A stretch of DNA of 63,318 nucleotides, filler included, from Choristocarpus tenellus KU-1152 (taxonomy: Eukaryota > Protista > Phaeophyceae), in the NCBI GenBank assembly GCA_964200185.2. It is 9 parts of 9 records of this genome, joined end to end, with 100 filler letters (N's around TTAATTAATTAA, not from the genome) between each part and the next. Parts side by side here need not be neighbours in the genome. Positions count along the whole stretch, not along the records: positions 1 to 12,075 come from CAXNAD020001994.1; positions 12,176 to 23,832 come from CAXNAD020002200.1; 7 more parts are not named here. One strand, given 5' to 3'. A model generated the notes under the pieces. That model was not told where the DNA came from. It searched no databases and worked only from the letters and a program-made list of their open reading frames with translations. Of the stretch, positions 1 through 12,199 are shown in pieces (positions within the stretch are counted from its first letter, which is position 1; every line of letters begins with the position of its first letter). The translations under genes and the position numbers were made by a program.

Positions 1-1040
1 TTCCTCGCGAGCACGGACGGTGGATTTGTTTTTTTTTTTGTTGGGCTCGCCCCCCCCCCCCCCCCCCCCCCCCCTGAATGTAATCTTCATGCCCTCACAC
101 GCAGTCCTACCTACAGCATCTGCCGCAGATGATAGGCGGCAAGAGGGCACCACAGCACACCAGATTACACTAGATTACTTGACAGCCTCCACTACAGTTA
201 CATTACAGTGTTTTCCATTCTTTCCTCCCGTCCTCTCTGACACAATTACTAGACATAACCCTAGAATCGGGACACTATCGGAACTAAAATAAACCTTAAC
301 TCTACAAAAGATGCAATGCTATCAGTCCAAAATGCTATTGGCAAGCACAACCCTAACCCTAAGTTCGAAAACAAACGAAGTTGTAAGAAAAAGAACAAGA
401 ATAGAGGGGAGGGACACGAGCAGACTAGACTCTCCTCCACGCAAAAGGTACTGTTTAGTACGCCAGTTGTCAAACAACCCCCCCCACCCCCGCCCCCCCT
501 CCCAAAGACCATAATTTGATTCAATGAATGACATGCACGAAAAATACTAGCAATTCCGGGGTATGATATTGACCCCTTTCATCTCCAAAGAGGAAGAAGG
601 CTCTGTTTCCTCTTTACATACACGCAGATTGCTTCTGGTACATAAGTACATAAATACATACACAGCACGCACGTATGCGAACCTACCTCAGTCAGTGCAC
701 CACCAGAGGTGTGCTACATATTTTTTTCATTTACTGCTGCGCTTGGAACTGGACCAATCGCAATCCATCATTAAACCGCTCTTTAAAACTCTTCAAAAAA
801 CAAAACAAAACAAAACACAACATGCTCAATAAAAGCACATTTCCACAGCCCCCCCACCCAAATCGGACAAGAACAACAAGAGCGAAAATATGCTCATGCA
901 CATTTCAAGCAAAATAGATTCGTTTGTAAAAAAAAAAAATACCCAACCACACACCTCCTCCCACTTTTAGCAAAACACGCAAGCAAAAAATGGACAAAAG
1001 ACCAAGACCCCCGTCCCCTCCCCTCCCCCGTCCCCCCTAC

Positions 1041-1299
1041 CTCCACTCCAAGATTTCGGGAAATGATGTAGTAGGGTCCCCCAGCCTGGACCTGCCCATT
1101 TGTAGCAATGGCACTCATGGACAAGGTGGTAACCGTTGTTGCAGTTTTTGCAATCATGATAATGAGTGTTGTCAACAGCACCCCCGCCTGACCTGTGATA
1201 TACGGCAGCCGAATGAAGATAATAACACCCATGATGTTCTGAACGCATGGGAGGAAAACGCCTTTTAGGGTTCCCAGCTTCGGCACCGATGCAGCAGCC
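1041..1299 (-). CDS. Internal exon of an SLC12 cation-chloride cotransporter (KCC/CCC-like), TM1-TM2 region
   Basis: Translation KLGTLKGVFLPCVQNIMGVIIFIRLPYITGQAG...TTLSMSAIATNGQVQAGGPYYIISRNLGVE matches the SLC12 signature. Acceptor cccag at 1300, donor gtaggg at 1040. Other exons not resolved. Confidence 0.93.
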
Positions 1300-4107
1300 C
1301 TGGGGGTTTGGAAATCGCATCATGCCATGGGGGATTCAAGAGAGGTGGGGGAGGTAGGACAGGATAGGATAGGGGGTGATACGGATATTCAGCGATGGTT
1401 TCAACGTTTTGTTTTGTTTTGTTTTGTTTTTGACAAAAAGGGGTATATGGTGCAATGAGTTGTCAAGAGAGCACAAAAAAAAAGGTAGAGGGAGATGTGA
1501 GTGTTCTAAAAAGGTACACACACGCACGAGGCTTTGCTGTTATTACTACATACTATACACTGTATACAATACCGGCACGTATTAGTGGTTATCACAGGCT
1601 ATCACATACTACAGGGTGTAGGAGTGGTGCAATAGGCGAAAGTCTACGAGGGGATTCTAACCCTCGCCCCTAGCCCTAACCCTTCAATACTTGTTGTCAC
1701 ATGCAGAAGACAAGCAGCGGCAGTATCACACTGATAAATAAAAAACAACACTTCTCATCAAAGGTGCGTCTCCTTTTGTTACTAACTATAGCCGATACAG
1801 CATAGAGGGCACCTGCCTGGTACCCCCACCCCCCCCCCCCACCCCCCTCCCCACCCCCCCCACCACATCGACAATAACACCAAACAAACAATAACAAANN
1901 NNNNNNNNCAATAGCCGATACAGCATAGAGGGCACCCGCCTGGGACCCCCCCCCCCCCCCCTCTTCAATGTTAGCATCACTCAGTCCATTGAGAGATTCC
2001 CCCCAAAATCACATTATGTTGAATGGGCAAGAGAGAGAGAGAGAGAGACAGAGACAAAACATCATACCAGCAACAAGAGAGGGTCTAAAATGGAATCTAG
2101 TCTCTCAATATTTTTCTGAGGTCTAGCAAAAACCCTTCACAGAGGTTTTCATAAAATCTATGCGACATTTCACCAAAGTCTACATTTTCAACATCGCCTG
2201 CTGTGAAGCCATAAGAAAAGCCTTCCCATCCATGCAAAGTGTTTGAGCTAGTGCTGAACAGAGCAAGCAAAAATGAAAAGGTGGAAACAAAGCTAGATGT
2301 ACACACTCTTATTCCTGCCAATATTTGATCCAGCTAAAGAGATACATCAAAGCCTGAACAGAAGGGTACAGGGTGAGGAGATCTCCTGTGCACAAGAAAA
2401 TGGACCAACAAACCAAAGGTCACTGTCAACAAAAAGCATGATGGGATTAAGAAAATTTTCCGTCAACAACCCCCCCCCCAACAAATTCACCTTATCCCCC
2501 TCCTCCGATCCACCACCCAAGACTCACCAGCTAAACCAAACACCACACAACAATAGAAACCCTTAAGGGTCACCGGATCAAGGTAACTCAACAAAACAAT
2601 GGTACAAAACAAAACGCCTTTAACAGATGTCAAATCCGCTTCACGCCTAGCAAAGATATACAAAACAATTGCCTAGATATTTTTGACCTCGAACGCGAGA
2701 GGAGGCAACCAACCCCCCTGAAAGATGTGTATCTGTTGGGTGAAACCGTCTACTTCACGTGCCCAACGTCTCAGCTTGAACCTATTCAGTGCACCAACAA
2801 AGCTGAAGGTGCCAACAATCGCAACTTCGGATATGCTCCAACGCACATAACATCAATGTCTCAACCTACTAAATGTCAAACTCACAGGGACACGGAATGT
2901 ATGCACATGCCAGAGACTGCCAAATCCAAAAAGAGATAAGGGAGAGTAGACGTCACGCACTGGACTTGAATGTACCTTTCAAATCTTAGACAAAGGACGC
3001 CGACAAAGCACTGCCGAAGAAGCTATAAACCAGCTCTGACATCAACCGTTACATCCAATCAACATTGCAATTCATGCTCCAAAATTGAGGGGCTGACTTT
3101 CAGGATATTTCACACAACACATCTAACCACTTGTACAGATTTTTCTGCTTGTGATGGAGCCTACGGGAACACCATGATGTGCCAGACCAAATCCTGGTCC
3201 ACTACGTCCTACTGCAGTTGATAGTACAAAATCGTGAGAGACAACAGGATGCATACAACAACAACAAAATCGTGAGAGATGCTACTTGCCTTGTTGCCTC
3301 TGCTGCAACAGCCCTGTTCTTCTCACTCATGACATATGCATCGGAACTGAATCAGGTGCCCAAAGTAGTAGTGCATGAGGAGGGAGAGGTAAGAGTGCGA
3401 AGGGGGGAAGGGGTTGAAAGATAGAGACGGGAAAAGTAACCTGGAATATGAGCATACTTGCAGTGATTGGAAGAGCACACAGGACTGCATAAATTGGGAA
3501 AGGAAGAGAATATGCACTATGAACTTTACGATTCTCCTCGATCAAATGTGAGTGGGAGAAATAGGGCTGCCAACGGAGGAGTGGAGATTTTCACCAGTTC
3601 CTTCTAGTCGCCATTACCCCCTACAGAATGCATCTCCATGAGTACATCTCTCTCTCAACCCCTTAAGAGGACTAGGGTTGGAGAAAGGGCCAACTCTAAG
3701 TTTTATCCACTCTTTTCTATAAGATAATCCGAGTCCACGAAGCCCGCTAGCCATGAGCATTACGCAGATACTCCCTGTACACACCGAGACGGCAAAAACT
3801 CTTCGCACTCCCCAAGTTGAAAAAAACGATGCTCAAATACTTGATATGGGAATGATCGATGGACCACTAAACCGAAATGACACAACATCTGATCCCTATG
3901 ACCTCCCTAGGATACAGGGTAGGTTCGGGGGTCGGGTAGTCACAACCAGGCCTCTCTCTGTCAATGAACGTTCATCCTGTATCATGAGTGCACAAAAGAG
4001 TGAGTTTCCACAACGACCCATCGCACTTGCAAGCCAGAATTCCTCTTGAGGACTTTTTCCGTACACAAAATGGCATGGCGATCTTTTAGAACAAACATAT
4101 AATCGTG

Positions 4108-4614
4108 TCAACCTGCCGATAACGGAGTCACTCCTTGCATTAACACTAAGGGGAAGCATAAGCACACAGACCTGTGCATTCCATTCCCATGCTGGCTTTC
4201 TTGTGTAGAATGGTTCATGTGCGGTTCAGCGCCAATACGTGCCCCGACACCACGAGAATGTTCTGGCGGAGAAACGTCCACTTCCGCCATCTCCAGCTCC
4301 GAGACATCTGCACTCTGTAAGACATGAAGGGAAAGAGTGATACATATATTGGAGGGGATGAATAGAAAATAGGGATACACGGATACGGGACCAAATCCAG
4401 CTGGATCTACGGTCAGGTGGGAGAGTGTTGACTCCTGAAATGCATTCCAGTCAACACGAGGTTCAGGGTACGATGTCGTTCGTTTCATCATTCGAATAAT
4501 TGTGCATTGGGAGGCGGTCATCTGGACACTTACATGCGGCACTTCCACATCGACCCAGCTGTAGCGCATGGGTCCATTACCTCTTTCCTCCAGGGTCATC
4601 TCACACAACTTCAC
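4108..4614 (-). CDS. Possible exons of an unidentified gene, perhaps the 5' part of the SLC12 gene
   Basis: 168-codon open frame with an internal pyrimidine-rich stretch and cag acceptor (~4316) and a cacag|gtctgt donor (~4171). No recognisable domain. Confidence 0.25.
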   Translation of the reverse strand: MKLCEMTLEERGNGPMRYSWVDVEVPHVSVQMTASQCTIIRMMKRTTSYPEPRVDWNAFQESTLSHLTVDPAGFGPVSVYPYFLFIPSNICITLSLHVLQSADVSELEMAEVDVSPPEHSRGVGARIGAEPHMNHSTQESQHGNGMHRSVCLCFPLVLMQGVTPLSAG

Positions 4615-4756
4615 TACTTTATACCAACTGAGTGTTGTAAACGTTCTATATCAGTGAAGAAGGCCTTCCATGATTGGAAACACAGTATGATGTGATGGAT
4701 GACCGTAGATTGACTAATCACGGACAATACCATTTCCTGGTTGAACTGGTGTGGCG

Positions 4757-7420
4757 ATGACAGTTGATCACCATATCCCACCCAGTGAACGGAAAGTTGG
4801 GTATCGACAAGGGAAGACTGTAACGGTCCCCAGTTCCTGTACTGTTTGCTTGGAAGAGTTTCCAAGCAGGTGTGAGCAGTGTCAGTTTGTCTTCTCCATC
4901 CAGAATGTACACCTCGATGTTTCATCGTACCTTTTTTCGTTTATTTGACTTCTCTGAACCTCAGACTTTCCATAGACTCATCCACTGTTGAATGCTGTCA
5001 AGCTTCCAATTCCCCATCCCTGATCAACGGTGAACCTCGACCCTTGTGATGGTCATCAGGGGTGCACTATTCAGACATTTGAGAGATACCACAAAAACCT
5101 GCTCAGCATTTGCCGCGGAAAACGATAATGAGGGCGAGAAGTGCTTGATATCTTTCGGCTACAAGTGCAATACCGAGCTGGGCGTTTCCAGCGGTAACGA
5201 TGCTGGTTCTTTGCTCTTCAAAGCTGTGACAAGGGTGTCCACACAGGATACACCATGGACGGGAAACCACACTCGTGTGGGTTTCTCTCAGGCATCATCA
5301 AACCATGCAAGGCGGTGCCCGTGGCTCAATCAAGAGGCTGGAGTCCATGCTATGTGGGTGATCTACACACACATTAGTGTGTCTCCTCATTCCCTCTCGT
5401 TAGGTGTATGTGTAGTTGACGAACAACCTGGCATCCCCGCCACTCGAAGTTGGAAGGGATTACTCCACCACAAATTCACCTCATTGTTCAGATACGATTG
5501 TTTGGTCATGCCTCTACGATATTATGGCCTGACCGTTTACGGCCCACGCTCGGTCCCGAACGTAGGGCCGACACAGCTTGCCTACGCGCTCCGTCGGCTG
5601 TCCCTCCCTCGCAGGTCTTGGAATGGATAAGTGGAATAAATACCCATCTTGAACCCTTTGGGGTGAAGATCTTCGGAAGGATGAAGGTGCCGGCCAGCCT
5701 CCACGCTGAGCTGCATGCTACCAAACGACGGGTGGAATACCTCTTGCCAGCATGGTTAGTTGACCAGGAGGCCAACACCCCCTGGACTGATCAACCCCGA
5801 GGGAAGACATCTCTCTTGCCCCTTCTCCAGCGCCTGAGAATGAATGCCCTCAAACCATTCGGTTCATGTGGTACCGCTAAAAAGGGCGAAAACGGTTTTA
5901 AGCGACGGAGACGTCCTCTCTGGCACAACTTCAGCGCTGGAGCTGTTCCTCACAGCCCCTCTGTCGCCCGCCGCATGTACCGATTCCACTGTCAGGAAAT
6001 GCTGACTGTAAGGGGAGTAGACTACATCTGCCTGTCCATATCTGGTGATGCCTTCCTTGAACAGCAAGTTCGTGCCATGGTGGGGCTGGCTGTTGCAGCA
6101 GTGAGAGGATTGATCGGGGGCAAGGATGGTATTGCTGACAAGATAGCTGCCTGCTTTGACCCTAGTAATGTGGATTCACTCCTCCCCATCCCCCTTGCAC
6201 CCTTGGGAGTGTCATTTCTGGCGGAAAATGGTTATGCCTGGTGGCAGGGAAAACTGGGAGGTGTGCTCCTGTCACCTGGTGCTCCGAAGGTTGGTGGGGG
6301 GGGGAATGCTTCAGCACCTGCTGTCCTTGGTTGGAGTGATGAAGCTGCATACACAGCTGCCAGCGCATGGCGAAGTGATTTGCTCGACAGTGCAGCAGGT
6401 TGGTGGGAGGCAAGAGAGCTTGGTGCTGTTTGGCTGAGGGATGTCCTTGAGCCAGGTGCAGCAAAGCTGAAAGAGGCATTGAGGGTAATGCTATGGAGGA
6501 TGCCAGGAAGAGATGTACGACATGAAACAGTGATGGAGGGGATTGTATCGGTTGGTAAAAGTGATCAAAGTGCCAATGAAAACCTTCAAGCAATCATTTG
6601 CAGCCTGGAGACACCAAAGCCTGTTGTATCAGAGTGGCAAGCAGAAGTAGAACCATGCAACAGAGTCTCACCCCAGCCCCCCATCCGCATGGATGATGCG
6701 CCAGAGGTCTATCGTACAGTCCTGTGTCTACTCCGTGAGGCTGATGCCTCTGGTAAGTGGCCAGCCAGCACTTCAGGACGGCAAATGGTAATGGCCCCGA
6801 CAGCTAATGGCAAGCCAAGAAGGAGTGTGGAGTTGAGAGAGACGGGAGAAGAGGTGATTTATCAAAACAATCCAAGGCGTGGAGGTAAAGCAGGGATAGG
6901 AAAAGGTCGGCGCAGGGTAGGCAGTGCTGTTGAAGGTGTTGGCAAGTCATCTGAACGAAAAGATGATCAAGTCGGGGATGACAATGACACAGGTCGACCT
7001 GGGGGCTCTTTCACTGTGGGGTACTTCCCGTACCCAGCCCCCCCTCCCCAAGGAAACGCCCTCTTCCCTGATCTTGTGAGAGCAGCCTTTGCCCTTGAAG
7101 CTGCACTCATGCCTGATCGCCCTCCATCAAGCACCATTGCCATTAACCGGCACGCACAATTCCGACCACACACAGACAGTGGTGATGGCTCTGGGCAAAG
7201 TCGGAGTTTGATTGTTGGTCTTGGGGACTATGGAGGTGGGGAACTAGTAGTAGAAGGGGGGGAAGTTGACATTCGCTACCAACCACTTGAGTTCAACGGA
7301 TGGACACAGCGGCATTGGACTCTGCCTTTCTGGGGGGAGCGTTATAGTCTGGTGTGGTTCACCCCACGAGGGTGTGAGGACTTCGCTGGGGCTTTCTTGG
7401 ATAGCAGGGAGGTGCAATGA
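4757..7420 (+). CDS. Zinc finger + TruA/Pus1-like pseudouridine synthase domain (degenerate active site) + C-terminal 2OG-Fe(II) dioxygenase; exons ~4757-4869, 5060-5353, 5566-7420
   Basis: Phase-consistent GT-AG splicing gives CTVCLEEFPSR|GALFRHLRDTTKTC (Zn finger). TruA motifs: LISFGY, EAGVHA|MAD, INTHL, KRRVEYLLP, WHNFS, ISGDAFLEQQVRAMVGL. Dioxygenase motifs: H-T-D (7169-7177), LGDYGGGEL, H-W-T, R-Y-S-L-V. Start codon uncertain. Confidence 0.85.
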
Positions 7421-8141
7421 CACCACCAAGATCTTGCTGAGATGATTTTGAGGGTTAATTTCGCTTGATCTTTACAGAGTGTATTGCCACTGCTTCTGTG
7501 ACTCATTAGTTACACTTGGAAGTTTCTTGTGCCCCAACCTGAGTTGTGTTTATCTAATGTGATTATTGCTTCTTTTAATGCAAAGCTAGTGATTACTGTT
7601 TGGTGTGTGATGCTGGTGCACCTTGATAAGAACCGGTTTTTACACATCATGAAAAAATAGCATTCTCCTTGTATGCTAAAGATTTTAAAGTCTTCATTAA
7701 CGTGTTCAAGGCAATACTGTCTATGAGAATAGTCCAAACTCAGTCACATTGCCTTACCCACCTAATGCAGTTGCAAATGGAAAAGGCGTCCTTCCCAGGA
7801 GGGGGAAGAAAATATATGCAACTGGCCTCCTCTCCAGATTTTTACATGAAATGAAATGAGCAGTCTACACAAAAAAAAGCAGAATGAGAGAAAGGCATAT
7901 TGCACCGACAGGAATCCCGTTGCCCACCTGTATTAGTAAAATGCCCTAAAAGACCAGCTTCAGTAAGAAAGGTATTTACCACTAATCCTATAAACATGGG
8001 ATGAAATGGAAACATCTATGCAAGAAAAGTCCATCTGTAAAACCGAATGACTGCTTCTGAAACCTTTCTAAACAATTTCCATCAAAAGTATAAAACAATA
8101 AAATTTATTTTTGTTACATTCTCTGAATATGCGGCATAAGT

Positions 8142-9138
8142 CTAACTGGGTACCTCTCCAGGAAACTTCTCCACTATCTCTGGAGTTCCACCTTCACTGC
8201 TGGGGACGGAATCATTTTCGACAGCAGTTGCCCCATCCAACCCCTGAGCAACGATTGGATCACCATTGGTAACCTCCTCAGTGCCCTCTTCCTTTTCTTT
8301 ATTGAATTGTGGTGCATGCATCAGTGTGCCTACAATGACGGCACCAGTGACCACCTCCAGAAGGCCATATGTGGTGTCTCCTCTGATATGTGCAGTGGGC
8401 CCGAGTGACAAGACATCAGTGCACGTCATTGTTCCCTCCACATTTCCGGAGATGACAGCTGAGGTGCAGACCACTGTTCCTTTGAATTTTCCACCTGATA
8501 GAAATGTTAGGTGGAGAGGAAAGCTGAGTGTTTCTGTGAAAATGTGAGCTGGTGTCCAGCCAATTTTCATGCTGCTTATTGCACGAGGAACTGAGAAGGA
8601 GAAAAACTATTTAATGTTGAACCGTCTCTTCTGCTGCCTGCCAAGTTCATTAACATTCCATTGACTAGCCTTGCGTAGCACTATCTCCATCCTCAAAATG
8701 TGCAGTTACATATTCCTATAGTGGTGTCTCGCAAGGGATATGAAGCAAGAGTGGTTGTTGGCAGATTGAATGAAACAATATCTATTGGAATAATCGTTGC
8801 TACAATTCTGAAATAGTGGCCCACCTTCCTTGAGGACGACGTATTTCGCATTGATGGTCCCATCGAAGTCTCCTTCCACAATTACGGCGTCGCAGTAAGA
8901 CACTTTGCCTTCTACGGTAACTCCGTGACCAACAATCAATAGGCGCTCGGTGCCTAGGGGAATAATTTTTTCCTCGATACAAGGGCCAAATATGTTGGCA
9001 GGGCTCGGATCTGGAAGTGGAGCTCTACTGTTTGCTACGGGCTCTTTTTCTGGCACGGTGATTGGGCTCACCACTCTTGGAGGGGTGGAGGGTTTCCTCA
9101 CAGGTGCTGGTGGTGTCTCCAATCTCTGAGGTGGCGCA
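8142..9138 (-). CDS. Bactofilin (polymer-forming cytoskeletal, CcmA-like beta-helix) domain protein; exons 9138-8825 and 8494-8142; further 5' exons likely (e.g. ~9945-9812)
   Basis: Spliced translation LIVGHGVTVEGKVSYCDAVIVEGDFDGTINAKYVVLKEG|GKFKGTVVCTSAVISGNVEGTMTCTDVLSLGPTAHIRGDTTYGLLEVVTGAVIVGTLMH has bactofilin VxG/IxG periodicity. The phase-1 GT-AG intron 8824-8495 joins the halves in frame. Confidence 0.85.
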
Positions 9139-12075
9139 CTAGCGAGGCAAGAAGATTTAAGGCCAAGAGAGTGTTGAACAAGGTATCGGTGGTGCATTCA
9201 ATCGAGTTCAACTAATCGTGCGTCACCCCCTCACTAAACACAAGTGATCTGCACTTCAATATTCTAGATCTTGTAAGACGGAGGAACACAACGGCTGGGA
9301 GCAAACTATGCTCAGTTCTTTCCAAGAAATATGGGGTGCACTCAACAGGGTCTAGTCGCTGATTCCGGAGCAGCAGGCGAAAATTTGACGTATCTCCCAT
9401 GCTTCTAATCCTGTTGCAATCTCAATGTCTCCCACCAACGAAGATTCAACTTGAGATGGTGCCATCATCGCAAGTCCATTTACTTTCGTCGCAATCCCTC
9501 CACCTCGCCCTCACTCCTGCATTTCCTCTGCCTCCGGCATCTCTCTTCCCATTCCACCTCTCGCTTACATCTCTGTCCATGTTTGTCTTGGTATGCATCT
9601 ATCCATACCATTCAAACTCTGTTTTACACCACACCACCTAAACCTCACAAATATCGCAATACCTCTCACTAAGCCCTCCATAAATTTCATCGATTTTACT
9701 CTGTCCCAAAATTTGACTACCAGAAGACAGAGACTCCGACGGTGTAGTGAAGGGCAAGGAAGGTCAACCAACGCCTCTCAGAATGACGCTACTGTGACAC
9801 GAACATACCTGCCAGATCTCTTCGAGTTCCTCTTCCTCGACCGCATGGCTGGATCCCACGCTCTTTGTAGTATTCAAGGTTATAGGAGATGGAAGATGAA
9901 CTTGGACTCCAGGACTTCTTACAAGTTGATGGGACTTCGATGAGTACACGAGGATAGAGGTAGCGGATACTGAATGTCTAATGCTCATGCATCTATCGGT
10001 AAAAGGGTTCTACTATGTAAATTAATAAGTTTTCATTATGTGATCACTCCTAGAAATTTGAATGGTCGTACAAAACGCAATAATAGTTCAAACCAATACA
10101 ACCAATTTGTACTCCAGACCAAGTCCAAAAAGGTATCAACTATTAGAACCTGCCTGGTTTCAGGTCCAATAGGTTTCCATAATATTTGACTCTTTTGCTC
10201 ATGATTATAGAAGGCTAATTTTCTTGGAAGAATTTCGACATTCCATTAAAAAAAAAAGGTACCTGATACGATCACAGCCTGGTCTGAACTTGATCATTTT
10301 TGTCACCGTGTCGAGGAAGAGAGTGGCTAGACAGATGAAACAAGTGAAAAACGATTATTTCCACAACCTAGATGTATATACTATTATAAACCTTCAGGTG
10401 TTACATTGTGTGCTCACAACCTCATTCTTGTGATCATTTGTGCTTTGCCCATCATGGCAACATACACCCACTCACTCACCTCTATCTCCTATCCGTAATG
10501 CGAGAACCATCTCTACTGCTAGCACATGCATGTATGTGTATCCATATCGACCTTGCATTAAAAATTGATTGTTTGTCTCCCCACCACGACAAAGCAACCG
10601 AAATCAGTCCGTGCACACCTTCCTTGTTACCTAGCAAACAATACACATGCATACATGCACGTCAACTCTTTAAAAGGTGGCTGTATCACCAGCACCCATT
10701 CATAGTTACACAGCACTTGAAGTACAGAATAGTCTTTTACGTCTTATTATTCAGAAGAGGGGTGCGCACCGGCACCTGTTTGAAAATGCAGCTTGCTGTT
10801 AGTAACACACAAATAATGCATTTAGCAACCTGCAACAACAAACGAGAACAGCATATACACTGACGAAACGAGGTACAAAATCTCATAAATACAAAAGCAC
10901 GTAGGTGTACATGGTCAGTGACACACCAGAAGCAACAAGGGGAGGCAGTAACAGTCATGCCTGATGCTGACACGCTATATTTCGCCGTGCAATAGCATTA
11001 CCAATTTGGACAAAAAAACAACTAGGAGATCAATTGTCCGACAGGATTGTTTTCGCCATGACAAGCGTCTGCTCTCTCCTCCTGTATATTGTGCTGCATG
11101 GTAGTAATAGAAGTCGTCTGATCAAGTCACACATGCCAAGAGTTGTAAGGGACATTTTACAAAAAGAAAAATAAGAACACCACCAACAACTTCAAAAGGT
11201 CACGCCCATCAAACAGGATGATGCATTGATTCAACATGCAGTACTAGTCCTCCCTACGCCACTAACACATAGCAATCTTCATTCAATCACGCTAAACCAA
11301 CACGAACTTGCTTCAACAGCAATCGTTGCCCAATTATTCATTTGGGCAGTGCATTAGTTCAAGTCACCACACAACCACTTGACGAAGAACACCGAAGGGC
11401 TCATGAACAGAGTAACAGACGCCTCTTTTGTAAGGCTTTCATTAATACCAACTGTGACGCATGGTTGATGCAACCACTTGCTGCCCCGCAGCAGTTGCTA
11501 CAAATACACATTTACACACGTACACGTAGCACCTTAGAATGTCACTACAACATACACATATTCAAAACTGCATACCAATTGGCAAGTGGGGTACTCTTCA
11601 TTCTACAATCAGCTGACTGATGAACCACCAATCATCCACCCTTCAAGCATGTCAACATCTCTCTGTCCACACCAGTCAGGCCTCCTGCTTCTCCCAACAC
11701 ACAAGCAATCTCTCTTCATGGTTCAGTACCTGCGAGAACCCTCCCAACTCATTCCACCACTAGCAAGCCCTATTTTCTCACCGAGGACTTTAGAGCTCCT
11801 GGGGCTCATCCACTGTAACCAGCATCAATAATCTGCTAACAGTGCTCTACTTGCACCTCAATGACTCAAACACGCTTTGAAGGCTAGGGTACTATTAATA
11901 CTACTACTAATACCCTTACACAATCACCAAGGCCCAGTCCGCAAGAAACTCATCAACCAGCTCCAACCCCAATTACCCAAGAAAACACCCCTGTTCCACA
12001 AACCACTATCCAAGAGTCAACCCCCCCCCCCCCCCCGTAAATGACCCATCCCCCTCCCATCCCAGCTCGACCCCC

Positions 12076-12175
12076 NNNNNNNNNNNNNNNNNNNNNNNNN
12101 NNNNNNNNNNNNNNNNNNNTTAATTAATTAANNNNNNNNNNNNNNNNNNNNNNNNNNNNNNNNNNNNNNNNNNNN
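12076..12175. other. Artificial contig linker (N44-TTAATTAATTAA-N44); identical linkers at 23833, 30026, 34633, 43483, 50322, 55554, 59794
   Basis: Identical 100-nt spacer with stop codons in all six frames. Confidence 0.98.
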
Positions 12176-12199
12176 ATGGACTCAATTCAACACAATAAT

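Noticed and set aside
1788-1955. Direct duplication of atagccgatacagcatagagggcacc
   Set aside because: The copies flank a short N gap next to poly-C runs, so this is most likely an assembly overlap artefact.
5046-5630. Separate 194-aa ORF upstream of the 656-aa ORF
   Set aside because: Explained as exon 2 plus intron read-through of the single fusion gene.
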